Positions 20,592-36,460 of a stretch of DNA of 64,000 nt are shown piece after piece. The notes beneath the pieces are model-generated. The model saw nothing but the letters and a program-made list of their open reading frames with translations, ran no database searches and was not told where the DNA came from. Both the position numbers and the translations under genes were made by a program. Position 1 is the first letter of the stretch; each line of letters begins with the position of its first letter. The stretch comes from the human T2T-CHM13v2.0 reference genome, Homo sapiens: assembly GCF_009914755.1 (NCBI RefSeq), contig NC_060928.1; one strand, 5' to 3'.

Positions 20592-23500
20592 TTTCTTTAT
20601 TTATTTTATTATACTTTATGTTCTGGGATACATGTGCAGAACATACAGGTTTGTTACACAGGTATACAAATGCCATGGTGGTTTGCTGCACCCATCAAAC
20701 CATCATCTACATTAGGTATTTATCCTAATGCTATCCCTTCCCTAGCCCTCCACCATGTGAAAGGCCCCGGTGTGTGATGTTCCACTCCCTGTGTCCATGT
20801 GTTCTCATTGTTCAACTCCCACTTATGAGTGAGAACATGTGGTGTTTGATTTTCTGTTCCTGTGTTAGTTTGCTGAGAATGATGGTTTCCAGCTTCATCC
20901 ACGTCCCTGCAAAGGACATGAACTCATACTTTTTATGGCTGTGTAGTATTCCATGGTGTATATGTGCCACATTTTCTTTACCCAGTCTATCATTGATGTG
21001 CATTTGGATTGGTTCCAAGTCTTTGCTATTGTGAACAGTGCTTCAGTAAACATACATGTGCATGTGTCTTTATAGTAGAATGATTTGTAATCCTTTGGGT
21101 GTATACCCAGAAATGGGATTCGTGGGTCAAATGGTATTTCTGGTTCTAGATCCTTGAGGAATCGCCACACTGTCTTCCACAATGGTTGAACTAGTTTACA
21201 CTCCCAACAGTGTAAAAGTGTTCCTATTTCTCCACATCCTCTCCAGCATCTGTTATTTCCTGACTTTTAAATGATCACCATTCTAACTGGCATGAGATGG
21301 TATCTCATTGTGGTTTTGATTTGTATTTCTCTGATGACCAGTGATGATGAGCTTTTTTTCATATGTTTGTTGGCCACATAAATGTCTTTTTTTGAGAAGT
21401 GTCTGTTCATATCCTTCGCCCACTTTTGAATGGGTATTTTTTTCTTGTAAATTTGTTTAAGCTCTTTGTAGATTGTGGATATTAGCCCTTTGTCAGATGG
21501 ATAGATTGCAAAAACTTTCTCCCATTCTGTAGGTTTCCTGTTCACCCTGATGATAGTTTCTTTTGCTGTGCAGAAGCTCTTGAGTTTAATTAGATCTAAT
21601 TTGTCAATTTTGGCTTTTGTTGCCATTGCTTTTGGTGTTTTAGTCATGAAGTCTTTGCCTATGCCTATGTCCTGAATGGTATTGCCTAGGTGTTCTTCTA
21701 GGGTTTGTATGGTTTTAGGTCTTACGTTTAAGTCTTTAATGCATCTTGAGTTAATTTTTGTATAAGGTGTAAGGAAAGGTTCCAATTTCAATTTTATGCA
21801 TATGGCTAGCCAATTTTCCCAGCATTATTTATTAAATAGGGAATCCTTTCCCTATTTCTTGTTTTTGTCAGGTTTGTCAAAGATCTGATGGTTGTAGATG
21901 TGTGGTGTTATTTCTGAGGTCTCTATTTTGTTCCATTGGTCTATGTATCTGTTTTGGTACCAGCATCATGCCGTTTTTGTTACTATAGCCTTGTAGTATA
22001 GTTTGACGTCAGGTAGGGTGATGACTCCAGCTTTGTTTTTTTTGCTTAGGATTGTCTTGGTTATATGGGCTCTTTTTTGGTTCCATATAAAATTTAAAAT
22101 AGTTTTTTCTAATTCTGTAATGAAAGTCAATGGTAGCTTGATGGGGATAGCATTGAGTCTATAAATTACTTTGGGCAGTATGGCCATTTTCACGATATTG
22201 ATTCTTCCTATCCATGAGCATGGGATGTTTTTCCATTTGTTTGTGTCCTTTTTTATTTTCTTGAGCAGTGGTTTGTAGTTCTCCTTGAAGAGGTCCTTCA
22301 CATCTCTTGTAAGTTGGATTCCTAGGTATTTTATTCTCTTTGTAGCAATTGTGAATGGGAGTTCACTTATGATTTGGCTCTCTGTTTGTCTATTATTGGT
22401 GTATAGGAATGCTTGTGATTTTCGTACATTGATTTTGAATCTTGAGATTTTGCTGAAGTTGCTTATCAGCTTAAGGAGATTTTGGGCTCAGATGATGGGG
22501 TTTTCTAAATATACAATCATGTCATCTGCAAACAGGGACAATTTGACTTCTTTTGTTCCTATTTGAATACCTTTATTTCTTTCTCTTGCCTGATTGCCCT
22601 GGTCAGAAATTCCCATACTATGTTGAATAGGAGTGGTGAGAGAGGGCCTCTTTATCTTGTGCCAGTTTTCAAAGGGAATGCTTCCAGCTTTTGCCCATTC
22701 AGTATGATACTGACTATGGGTTTGTCATAAATAGCTCTTATTATTTTGAGATACATTCCATCAATACCTAGTTTATTGACAGTTTTTAGCATGAAGGGGT
22801 GTTGAATTTTATTGAAGGCTTTTTCTTCATCTATTGAGATAATCATGTGGTTCTAGTCATTGATTCTGTTTATATGATGGATTATGTTTATTGATTTGCA
22901 TATGTTGAACCAGACTTGCCTCCCAGGGATGAAGCCGACTTGATGGTGATGAATAAGCTTTTTGATGTGCTGCTGGATTCAGTTTGCAAGTATTTTATTG
23001 AGGATTTTCACATCGATGTTTATCAGGGATATTGGCCTGAAATTTTCTTTTTTTGTTGTGTCTCTGTCAGGTTTTGGTATCAGGATGATGCTGCCTTATA
23101 AAATGAATTAGGGAGGATTCCCTCTTTTTCTATTGATTGGAATAGTTTCAGAAGGAATGGTACCAGCAACTCTTTGTACCTCTGGTAGAATTCAGCTCTG
23201 AATCCATCTGGTCCTGGGCTTTTGTTGGTTGGTGGGCTATTAATTACTGCCTCAATTTCAGAACTTGTTATTGGTCTATTCAGGGATTTGACTTCTTCCT
23301 GGTTTAGTCTTGGGAGGGTGTATGTGTGCAGAAATTTGTCAATTTCTTCTAGATTTTCTAGTTTATTTGTGTGGAGGTGTTTATAGTATTCTCTGATGGT
23401 ACTTTGTATTTCTGTGGGATCAGTGGTGATATCCCCTTTATAATTTTTTATTGTGTCTATTTGATTCTTCTCTCTATTCCTTCTTTATTAGTCTGGCTAC

Positions 23501-26500
23501 CAGCCTATCTGTTTTGTTGATCTTTTCAAAAAACCAGCTCCTGGATTCGTTAATTCTTTTGAAGGGGTTTTGTGTCCGTATCTCCTTCAGTTCTGCTCTG
23601 ATCTTGGTTATTTCTTGTCTTCTGCTAGCTTTTGAATTTGCTTACTTTTCCTTCTCTAATTCTTTTAGTTGATTTTAGATCTTTCTTTCTTTCTCTCATG
23701 GGCATTTAGTGCTAAAAATTTCCCTCTAAACGCTGCATTAGCTGTGTCCAAGAGATTCTGGCATGTTGTTTCTTTGTTCTCATTGGTTGCTAAGAGCTTA
23801 TTTATTTCTGCCTTAATTTCATTATTTACCCAGTAGTCATTCAGGAGCAGGTTATTTACGTTTCCATGTAGTTGTGTGGTTTTGAGTGAGTTTTTTAATC
23901 CTGAGTTCTAATTTGATTGCACTGTGGTCTGAGAGACTGTTTGTTAGGATTTCCATTGTTTTGCATTTGCTGAGGAGTGTTTTACTTCCAATTATGTGGT
24001 CAATTTTAGAATAACTGTGATGTGGTGCTGAGAAGAATGTATATTCTGTTGATTTGGGGTGGACAGCTCATCTACGAGCTGCTTGGTCCAGAGCTGAGTT
24101 CAAGTCTTGAATATCCTTATAAATTTTCTGTCTCATTGATCTGTCTAATATTGACAGTGGTGTGTTAAAGTCTCCCATTATTATTGTGTGGGAGTCTAAG
24201 TCTTTTTGTAGTTCTCTAAGAACTTGCTTATGAATCTGGGTGCTTCTGTATTGGTTGCATATATATTTAGGATAGTTAGTTATTCTTGTTGCATTGATCC
24301 CTTTACTATTATGTAATGCCCTTCTTTGTCTTTTTTGATCTTTGTTGGTTTAAAGTCTATTTTATCAGAGACTAGGATTGCAACCCCTGCTTTTATTTTT
24401 TTGCTTTCCATTTTCTTGGTAAACCTTCCTCCATTACTTTATTTTCAGCCTATGTGTGTCTTCACACATGAAATGGGTCTCCTGAATACAGCACACTGAG
24501 GGGTCTTGACTCTTTATCCAATTTGCCAATCTGTGTCTTTTAATTGGGGCATTTAGCCCATTTACATTTAAGGTTACTATTGTTATGTGTGAATTTGATC
24601 CTGTCATTATGATGCTAGTTGGTTGTTTTGCCCATTAATTGATGCAGCTTCTTCATATTGTTGATGGCCTTTACAATTTATGTTTTTGCAGTGGCTGGTA
24701 TGGGTTTTTCCTTTCCATATTTAGTGCCTCCTTCAGGAGCTCTTGTAAGGCAGGCCTGGTGGTGACAAAGTCTCTCAGCATTTGCTTGCCTGTAAAGGTT
24801 TTTATTTCTCCTTCACTTATGAAGCTTAGTTTGGCTGCATATGAAATTCTGTGTTGAAAATTCTTTTCTTTAAGAATGTTGAATATTGGCCTTCACTCTC
24901 TTCTGGCTTGTAGGGTTTCTGCAGAGAGATCTGCTGTTAGTCTGATGGGCTTTCCTTTGTGGGTAACCTGATCTTTCTCTCTGGCTGCCCTTAACATTTT
25001 TTCCTTCATTTTAACCTTCATGAATCTGATGATTATGTGTCTTTGGGTTGCTCTTCTAGAGGAGTCTCCTTGTGGTGTTTTCTGTATTTTCTGAATTTGA
25101 ATGTTGGCCTGTCTTGCTAGGTTGGGGAAGTTCTACTGGATAATATCCTGCAGAGTGTTTTCCAACTTGGTTCCATTCTCCTCATCACTTTCAGGTACAC
25201 CAATCAAATGTAGGTTTCATCTTTTCACATGGTCCCATATTTCTTGGAGGCTTTGTTCGTTCCTTTTCATTTTTTTTCCCTCTAATTTTGTCCTCACACT
25301 TTATTTCATTAAGTTGATCTTCAATCTCTGGTATCCTTTCTGCCACTTGATTGCCTTGGGTATTGATACTTGCGTATGCTTCATGAAGTTCTCGTGCTGT
25401 GTTTTTCAGCTCCATCAGGCTATTAATGTTCTTCTCTAAACTGGTTATTCCAGTTAGCAATTCCTCTAACATTTTTTCAAGGTTCTTAGCTTCCTTGCAT
25501 TGGGTTAGAATATGCTCCTTTAACTCAGAGGAGTTTGTTATTACCCACCTCTGAAGCCTACTTCTGTCAATTCATCAAACTCATTCTCCGTCCAATTTTG
25601 TTCCCTTGCTGGTGAGGAGTTGTGATCCTTTGGAGGAGAAGAGGTATTCTGGTTTTTGGAATTGTCCACCTTTTTACACTGGTTTTTCCTCATCTTCATG
25701 GATTTATCTACCTTTGCTCTTTGATGTTGGTGACCTTTGGATGGGGTTTCTGTGTGGACGTTCTTTTTGTTGATGTTGATGCTATTACTTTCTGTGTGTT
25801 GTTTTCCTTCAGGCCCCTTTGCGGCAGGTCTGCTGGAGTTTGCCGGAGGTCCACTCCAGACCCTGTTTGCCTGGGTATCACCAGCAGAGGCTGCAGAACA
25901 GCAAAGATTGCTGCCTTTTCCTTCCTTTGAAAGCTTCATTTCAGAGGGGCACCTGCCAGATGCCAGCCAGAGCTCTCCTGTATGAGGTGTCTGTCAACCC
26001 CTGCTGGGAGGTGTCTCCCAGTAAGGAGCCACGGGGGTCAGGGACCCACTTGAGGAGGTAGTCTATCCCTTAGCAGAGCTTGAGCGCTGTGCTGGGAGAT
26101 CTGCTGCTCTCTTCAGAGCTGGCAGGCAGGAATGTTTAAGTCTGCTGAAGCTGCGCCCATAGCTGCCCCTACCCCCAGCTGCTCTGTCCCAGGGAGATGA
26201 GAGTTTTATCTATAAACCCCTGACTGGGGCTGCTGCCTTTCTTTCAGAGATGCCCTGCCCTGAGAGGAGGAATCTAGAGAGGCAGTCTGGCTACAGTGGC
26301 TTTGCTGAGCTGCGGTGGGCTCTGCCCAGTTCAAGCTTCCTAGTGGCTTTGTTTACACTGTGAGGGGAAAACCCCCTACTGAAGCCTCAGTAATGGTAAA
26401 CGCCCCTCCCCCCACCAAGCTTGAGCATCCTAGGTCAACTTCAGACTGCTGTGCTGGCAGTAAGAATTTCAAGCCAGTGGATCTTAGCTTGCTGGGCTCC

Positions 26501-27030
26501 ATGGGGGTGGGATCCTCTGAGCTAGACCATTTGGCTCCCTGGCTACAGCCCCCTTTCCATGGGAGTGAATGGTTCTGTCTCACTGGCATTCCAGGTGCCA
26601 CTGGGGTATAAAAAAAAACTCCTGAGCTAGCTCGGTGTCTGCCCAAATGGACACCCAGTTTTGTGCTTGAAACCTAGGGCCCTGGTGGCATAGGCACCTG
26701 AGGGAATCTCCTGGTTTGTGGGTTGTGAAGACTGTGGGAAAACCATAGTATCTGGGCTGGAATGCACCGTTCCTCATGGCACAGTCCCTTACTGCTTCCC
26801 TTGGCTAGGGGAGGGAGTTCCCTGACCTCTTGTGCTTCCTGGGTGAGGCAATGCCCCACCATGCTTCGGCTCACCCTCCATGTGCTGCATCCACTGTATA
26901 ACCAGTCCCAGTGAGATGAGCCGGGTACCTCAGTTGGAAATGCAGAAATCACCTGCCTTCTGCTTTGATCTTGCTGGGAGGTGCAGACTGGAGCTGTTCC
27001 TATTTGGCCATCTTGCCAGCCACCTAGACA
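20592..27030 (-). mobile_element. Full-length L1PA7-like LINE-1, ORFs disrupted
   Basis: 3'UTR aaccaccatggc...tatcccagaac; fragmented ORF2 and ORF1; long 5'UTR starting ggctggcaagatggcc. TSD tctttttctt at 20582-20591 and 27031-27040. Confidence 0.92.
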
Positions 27031-27821
27031 TCTTTTTCTTAATTAGAAATGTTATTTTCTATTCAATCTTTCTTTTACTCTACCACAAAGCAATAAGGTT
27101 TCTTTTTTGAAATAAATAATATTTGAAAAAAATATGTTTGATATGATCATGTTCATGTAGAAATGTGTATTTAAGTCTGCATTTTAAAATTAAATAATTT
27201 TTAAGAAAAGATTAGGCCTTAGAAGCGGGCACACAAAGTTGAAGATAGTGGTCTGTGAGTGAGGTTCTGAGTGTTTTCTATTTTCTGCCTTTTGCTTGTC
27301 TATGGTTCCTTTTTATTTTCCCACTAATGAACATATTTTGTTCCTGTAAAATGAAAAACACAACAGCAATATGTGAATGTGCCTACCATGCAAATATGTA
27401 TAAAGTTTATGCTTTTGTAAGAGTTGCTTTTAAGGATAAATAGAGGAAATCACAAATAGAGGTGAGGGAAAATATATCTTCTTACACTGTTTTATAGTTT
27501 TGCTTCTTAAAACTGTAGAGCTCATGCATCAAGTAGACTGGAAGGTCTTCTGATACTCAAATTTGGGTATTTTCATCCTTGATCCACTTCAATAAGAGCA
27601 GATCTCAGAGAACAAATAAACTTTTCTATTCCAACATTCTCCTTCCTGCAATACTAGTCCACTGTGTTTCTTGCCTGCCAGTCTTCTCAGCTAGGTTTCT
27701 TTTTCATGAGCAAATGAGTATAGGTGGCTTTCCTTTTTCTTAATTAGCAATTTTATTTTGTATTCAATCTTTCTTTTACTCTACCACAAAAGAATAAGAT
27801 TTCTCTTTTGAAATAAATAAT
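27031..27821. repeat. Diverged ~105-bp direct duplication (20568-20591 + 27031-27120 vs 27717-27821)
   Basis: agtataggtggctttc(c)tttttcttaattag...attcaatctttcttttactctaccacaaa...ttttgaaataaataat in both copies. Confidence 0.9.
27519..27717 (+). pseudogene. Fossil CP-like exon, domain 1 (HxxE to PSxNPDG region)
   Basis: ctgtag| AHASSRLEGLLILKFGYFHP*STSIRADLREQINFSIPTFSFLQY*STVFLACQSSQLG. Pro-to-Cys spacing matches CPD PSLNPDGRERAQEKDC. Confidence 0.55.
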
Positions 27822-27888
27822 GTTCTTTGCCTCATCTATTAACTGGATGTGATACATTTATTTCATGAAGTTATCTTGGGTCCTTCAG

Positions 27889-28083
27889 GGAAGCCACCTT
27901 TATTCAGAACAATCTGAATTATATGCATTGATAAACCAATCAGTTGTGATTCATCCAAGGCGATAGAATTTACAAGGGCTTCAAGGTGGCTGTCACACTA
28001 AACTCTGGGCAATGTTAATGTTGGGCTAACTGAAAATTATAACTAGGACATTTCTTGAACTTATTTTCCATTAGCACAGGCAG
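27889..28083 (+). pseudogene. Fossil CP-like exon, domain 1, frameshifted
   Basis: tccttcag| GSHLYSEQSELYALINQ...(fs)...YKGFKVAVTLNSG |gtaaaa, resembling CPD TQPETIAVMSW...YPFVLSANLHGG. Confidence 0.65.
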
Positions 28084-28254
28084 GTAAAATTGGTTCTCTT
28101 CATTTTATAAACGTCATTCTTCAAAAAGAATCTGGTAGTACAAGATGACTTGCTTGCTTTCTGAATATTTTAATTCTGGATTGTTATATGTTTTGCTGGT
28201 AAGTTATTTAAGTTATTTTAATTGATCATATTGTTTTTAAAAATGAGATTTTAA

Positions 28255-30310
<2,056 letters not shown>

Positions 30311-30602
30311 GATTACCAATTTTCTAGCAAAATGTTAAATATTAACTCATGAACATTAATCCTTTTGGAATGAGATTTTTTCTAAAATATATTACTAAAT
30401 ATTTTACATTTTCCTACCACTATATTTTTTGATAATTTTGTCTATTTCCTTTTTAAATCAAATATATAAATTAACTTTATTGTTAAATATAGAAAATAAT
30501 TTATCAAATGACTATAATGTTTATAAGCACACAAGTAATTATGTTCTCTGAAACATTCTGCATACTTTGTAATGAACAATAACTCTTTAAAAAGTATTTC
30601 AG

Positions 30603-30717
30603 GTGATTGTATTTAGAATCAAAGTCTTCAGCATTTACATAAGGTCAAGGAGAAGTAGTTATTGGACATGTTCCAAAGGAGCTAAACAGATTTTAGTGGG
30701 TGACTAAACTATAACTG
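30603..30717 (+). pseudogene. Fossil CP-like exon, domain 1
   Basis: tatttcag| VIVFRIKVFSIYIRSRRSSYWTCSKGAKQILVGD*TIT(G) |gtaatt. Phase 1, matching the next exon. Confidence 0.6.
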
Positions 30718-30935
30718 GTAATTTATATTGCTTGGTCTTTTATGATACAATGTCCTTTCCATTTTGAGTTCTTAAATCCACTTCACCCCAAATTTTAGAT
30801 ATTAAAAAAATTATTTCTACCATTGCCATTTCACCTGCCATAAAAAATGCTCATTCTTAGCAATAGTTAAGTATATAATATCTAAATAATTGAAAAAAAA
30901 GACTCAAATATTTTAATTGAATTCATTGGCTATAG

Positions 30936-31092
30936 GTAGTCCATTCAGTGGTATAATTGAGAGGAACTCAGGATTTATTGCTCTTGGTGGGTAGGAAAAA
31001 CTGAAAAATGTGGCTAATATTGGGTTTCAAATGGCCCTTGAAATTTCTTGTGATTATCCACAAAAGCATACACTAAGTTGACGTACACTAAG
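30936..31092 (+). pseudogene. Fossil CP-like exon, domain 1 (catalytic-Glu region)
   Basis: ctatag| SPFSGIIERNSGFIALGG*EKLKNVANIGFQMALEISCDYPQKHTL |gtaaca. Aligns gap-free from GI to SC with CPD [38 protein letters not shown]. Confidence 0.75.
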
Positions 31093-31839
31093 GTAACATG
31101 GTAGAACGTTAAGGCAATGCTTTGTGAGTTGGTGTATCTGTTTGATTCTCATTTTTCCATATCCTCATGTATAAAATGAGACAATAATAGTGATCTATCA
31201 AGATTACTGGAAGGTGGTAAATAATGCATAGGAAACTGCCTGCCACATGACTCACAATTAGTATTAGCCCCTTCCCCTTGAATGATAAATATCAGTGGAA
31301 TATCTACTGACTTTTTAATATGATGGAATTATTTTTCATTCATTCTCCAAATATTTATTGAACAAGTCAGTCAGGGATTAGGCATGAAAGCAGAAGCCTC
31401 TCAATATATTCCAAGTATGAATATTTTCAATGCAGGGAATTAGAGGCTTACCCAATGGTTAGAAGGCTGCAGAAACCAAGGTGAAGAAGGCTGTCAGCAA
31501 CAATCTCAGCCTTTGCACTATGAGGTTCTCAAGAGTTTGCACAAAAGACACCTGAAATTAACCTCTGGGAGATTCCCTCTGACCTCTCAGTCTGCAGGAG
31601 TGATGCAGGTGATTTTCGGGAAGCTCACCTGGAAACTGCTTCAAACCTTCTATCTTGGTCATGTGCCTGCAGCCGCTTCCAGAAAATAATGACCCCTTTC
31701 TCTTCCAAATCTTGTGCACGTGCTTCCCATTGCAATGGGTTTCTGGGAAATGTCGTTCTCAGCTTCTCCTGCAGTGGAGACCTTAGAGAGGGGTAGCAGT
31801 GATGCCAAGTTGACCCTAGGTAATCCAGCACACCAACTA

Positions 31840-32400
31840 TGCACAGCCCTGTGCTCAGTGTTGTGAGGAATACAATGGTAATGCACATGTGGATCTTGTT
31901 TCCGTCCTGCTCCCAGTGGGAAAGGGAGGATAAGACATGTAAATAAAACCAGTAGCCCAAGGCAGAAGACTCAGGTGGAGGCAGATGCAGGAACAATGCT
32001 GGGCAAATTGGTGAAAGAAAGATGTTTTTCAGTCAGGGAAGGGAGAATCAGGGAAGGCTTAATGGAATAGGTGGACTTTGGGTTCAACTTGGAAGAACCA
32101 GTAGGTTTGGAGTATAAGTAAATATGGAAAAGCAGGGAATTCCAGGAACATGAAAACATTACAAAGAGAAACACAGAAATAGAAAAGAGTGTAGTGGGTA
32201 CTGAGAATATTATTAAACTGAAGAAAAGTATTACTGAAAAGGAATAAAACAGAGGGGAAATCCCAAAAAGTAGTTTTTATTTAATCATAGGATACTATTG
32301 CCAAATATGAGTTTGAAATCTCTTTAATAGGAAATGGGGAGGAATTTAAGGTTTTGAAAGTATCATGATTCAATTGCCCCATGAGGATGACTCTTTACCA
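31840..32400. mobile_element. L2 fragment
   Basis: gggagaatcagggaaggcttaatggaataggtggactttgggttcaacttggaagaaccagtagg, typical of L2. Confidence 0.55.
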
Positions 32401-33486
32401 CAATTCTATTATGCCTGTATTACTCCTGCAATACCTCGGCTAAACGCTACTGCATGCCCTGGATGTGTGCGAATTCAGTACGCACAACTATACATAGGCA
32501 CCCTCTTATTTTTCCATTTAATAGGTTGATAGAAGAAATTGAGGCTCAGAAAAATAACAGAACTGCCCACGACCACACAGTGATGGAAATGGAATTTGAG
32601 TCTTGTAGTTTTTGACTCCAAAGCTAAAATTATTTCCACTAAAATTTTCTATACCAAACCCTCCCCCATCCTACCACCGGCAGCCCCACCAAATTAAAAA
32701 AAAAAAAAATCCCCTCAGCTGCTTTTGGCTCCCTTTTTCTAACTGTATAGATCTTATTCTGAATCCTGAGAAATAATCAGATGGTAGTAAGTTTGATCTC
32801 CAGTTGAAGATCAAACTTACAATCTTGGTTTTTCTTCATATACATGTCACAGTACAAATATTGTGCAGTTTTACATAATAAGAGAAGATTCTGAAAGTTA
32901 TTTTTCATCCAATCTAATTTCAAGGAAACTCAGTCAGCAAATGTTCTGGTAATGCAAATACTCTCAACCCATGTCCTTTAGGCATGAAAATGGTTCTGGA
33001 TTAAAGGTGACTATTCTGCTTAGTAGATCATTTAACAAATCTTAAAAAATCGCTTCATCTTTACTTATACATGCATTAAAATATAATCACCATGTTTAAG
33101 ATGAACTAATCTCTTGTCAAAGTATACAGTCTCAAACTGTGACCCCAAACATAACCAGCCCATGTTTCTGACCTTTCTCATCAATATTTCCCTTCTCATT
33201 CTTGGCTGTTTCAACTCTGCGCCACGGGTTTCTGTGCCTAAATTGTTCATCTCCATATATCCAAATTCTACTCATTCTTTAAACCCCAATATAAATTCCA
33301 TTTTCTGATGAAGTCTTTGTTCATCAATTGCCCATCATTACCCCACTAAATTTTCTTTCCTCTGACAATCCCATAACACTTTTTGTCTGAATCACTCCTA
33401 GTGATGTCGAGTCACATTTTAATTAGTTGTTTTCATTTTTTTATTTGTATACATTTAAGGAGTACAAGTGCAATTTTTTTACATGG

Positions 33487-33934
33487 TGTATTAGTCAGGG
33501 TTCTCTAGAAGGATAGAACTAATAGGACAGATGTATATATAAAGGGGAATTTATTAAGGAATATTGACTCACACGATCACAAAGTGAGGTCCCACAATAG
33601 ACTGTCTGCAAGCTGAGGAGCAAGGAAGCCAGTCCAAGTCCCAAAGCTGAAGAACTTGGAGTCTGATGTTTGAGGGCGAGAAGCATCCAGAGTGGGAGAA
33701 AGATGTAGGCTGGGAAACTAAGCCAGTCTAGTCTTTTCACATTCTTCTGCCTGCTTGTATTCTGGTCACACTGGCAGCTGATTAGTTGGTGCCCATCCAG
33801 ATTGAGGGTGGGTCAGCTTTTCCCAGTTCACTGACTCAAATGTTAATTTCCTTTGGCAACACCCTCACAGACACACCCAGGAAGAATACTTTGCACCCTT
33901 GAATCCAATCAAGTTGACAATATTAACCATCATG
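33487..33934. mobile_element. MLT2A-like ERVL LTR nested in an L1MA 3'-end fragment (33430-34110)
   Basis: tgtattagtcagggttctctaga...caagttgacaatattaaccatca. 5-bp TSD catgg at 33482-33486 and 33935-33939. Confidence 0.85.
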
Positions 33935-34643
33935 CATGGATATATTGCTCAGTGAAGTCTGGGTTTTTAGTGGGTCCATCACCTGAATAATGCACATTGT
34001 ATCCAAAAGGTGATTTCTCATCTCCCACCCTCCCCGAACCTCCCATCCTTCGGAGTCGCCAATGCCTATCATTCCACACTCTATGTCCATGTGTATACAT
34101 TATTTTACATTTCAATTATTAATGTATAGTCATCCACCACACAATGCTTCCATCAACAATGAATCTCATATACCATGGTCCTAATAGTCCTGAGGTACTG
34201 CACTGTCCCTTATCGGTCTTTTTACACACAGATCAGGGCTGTGGTGCAGGTATAAATAAGGGACTTAGTATGAAGGTGTTTATGGATAAGAGTTTGAAAC
34301 AGAATTTGATAGAACAGAAATTGGTCAGAGCCTTTTATTTTTCATAACTAAGGATAAACTCCCTAGGGGAATTACCACATATGTCATAAAGCTTTAAATT
34401 TGCTGCCTAATATTAGCAGTATACCATGAGTTCTTGTAAAGAATAAAATTATGCTTGCTTGTTTAATTCCATTCTATAACTCAGACTCTTTCAGTCTACA
34501 CATGCCTACAATTAGAATGAATAAATAATAAAAATAGTAAACATTCAACATAGCCCCGTATTATGCACCAGGCTCTCATCTTTTAGCATTTTACTAAACA
34601 ATGCAATTAATACTAACAGCAACACTGAGAGGTAGGTACTATT

Positions 34644-34963
34644 TTTTCTTTTCTTTTTTTTTCTTTTTCTTTTTTTTTTTTTGAGACAGACTTTTGATCT
34701 TGTTGCCCAGGCTGGAGTGCAATGGCAACATCTCACCTCACCACAACCTCCGCTTCCCGGGTTCAAGGATTCTCCTGCCTCAGCTTCCCGAGTAGCTGGG
34801 ATTACAGGCATGAGCCACCATGCCTGGCTAATTTTGTATTTTTAGTAGAGACGGGGTTTCTCCATGTTGTTCAGGCTGGTCTCCAACTCCCGATCTCAGG
34901 TGATCCACCTGCTTCGGCCTCCCAAAATGCTGGGATTACAGGCGTGAGCCACCATGCCCTGCC
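34644..34963 (-). mobile_element. AluS (Sp-like) inserted in a MIR
   Basis: TSD gaggtaggtactatt at 34629-34643 and 34964-34978. Confidence 0.9.
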
Positions 34964-35193
34964 GAGGTAGGTACTATTATCACCATTTTACAAATGAGAA
35001 CCTGAGGCCCAGAGAGGTTAAATAACTTGCCTAATATTACACAGTGAATACTTGTCAAAGCTAGAATTTAACGTAAGGTAGTCCTAGTTAATTCCCTAGT
35101 CAGCTTTTTCAATCATACTGGATTTGAAGTCCTTCAGAAACAAAGCAACTCAAAACAGGTAATCAAACAATTCCTACTTCGGCTGTAATCTTA

Positions 35194-35526
<333 letters not shown>

Positions 35527-35797
35527 TCATCATATGAGGTTTTCTATTCATTGAGGCTTTATAAACTGAATCACTGATTTGTGCCAAAGAAACTGCCACT
35601 ATTTAAAGTGAATTCTAATATAAAGTTGGACAATATGTTTTATTCTCATTTTACAATTTCAGTAATGTGACTTCTTCATCACAAGCATTGCTTTTTAGTT
35701 AATGGATATGAAAATGTGTGAAAAAAATCCCCGAACCTCTGAATCTGCAAAATGCAATGTGGAGCATATCATCATAATGAAATATGTCCATACAACT

Positions 35798-35939
35798 GAA
35801 GATAGTCCTCAACTTACGAGTTTTTTACTTTCCAGTGAGTTTATCAGGGTATTAAATGCATTTTCAACTTACGATAGTTTTTTATTTGCAATGGGTTTAT
35901 TGGGATGTAACCCCACTGTAAGTCAAGGCACATCTGTAT
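35798..35939. mobile_element. TcMar-Tigger non-autonomous element (MER6/MER82-like)
   Basis: Terminal inverted repeats agatagtcctcaacttac ... gtaagtcaaggcacatctg, followed by TA. Confidence 0.6.
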
Positions 35940-36284
35940 AATTATTTTGTTATAAATATATAAATACCAGAATGTGGATGACTATATAGCTAAATAATAT
36001 TAATCTTTATTGAGTGTGTACCAGGGGCCACATTCTGTACTAAATGTTCTGATTGTGTCATATTGCCTGATTCTCATGATATCGTGATGAGATCAGTCTT
36101 GCTATTACCCTGATTTTAGAAATGAGGTAACAGACTTGAAGACATTAACTTGTATATATGAAGTTTCCCAGGAGATAAGCAGTGGGGCCAGGATCTGAGT
36201 ATGTGTGGGCCACAGGTCAGCAACATAATGATGCAAAACCACGGCAAATAGTCCAATCCAAAATGAGAACATGAAACCATGTCC

Positions 36285-36460
36285 CTGGTGGTCCTCAATC
36301 TCTCCGTGTGTCAGAATTGCTTGTGGAGCAGTACAAACCAAACAAAAACTTCCATGCAGGAGATTCTTATTCTTTAGGACTGAGGTGATATCCAGGCTTC
36401 TAGAATTTCACATTTTAACAAAGGTGATTCTTATGCACAATCAGAATGAAGAACCACTAC
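36285..36460. mobile_element. MER5-like hAT element
   Basis: gtggtcctcaa...tcagaatt...cattttaacaa..ggtgattcttatgcac..gaagaaccact. Confidence 0.6.

Noticed and set aside
30675-30705. GAKQILVGD resembling UPF1-like helicase motif III
   Set aside because: No other helicase motifs; neighbouring exons fit M14B instead.
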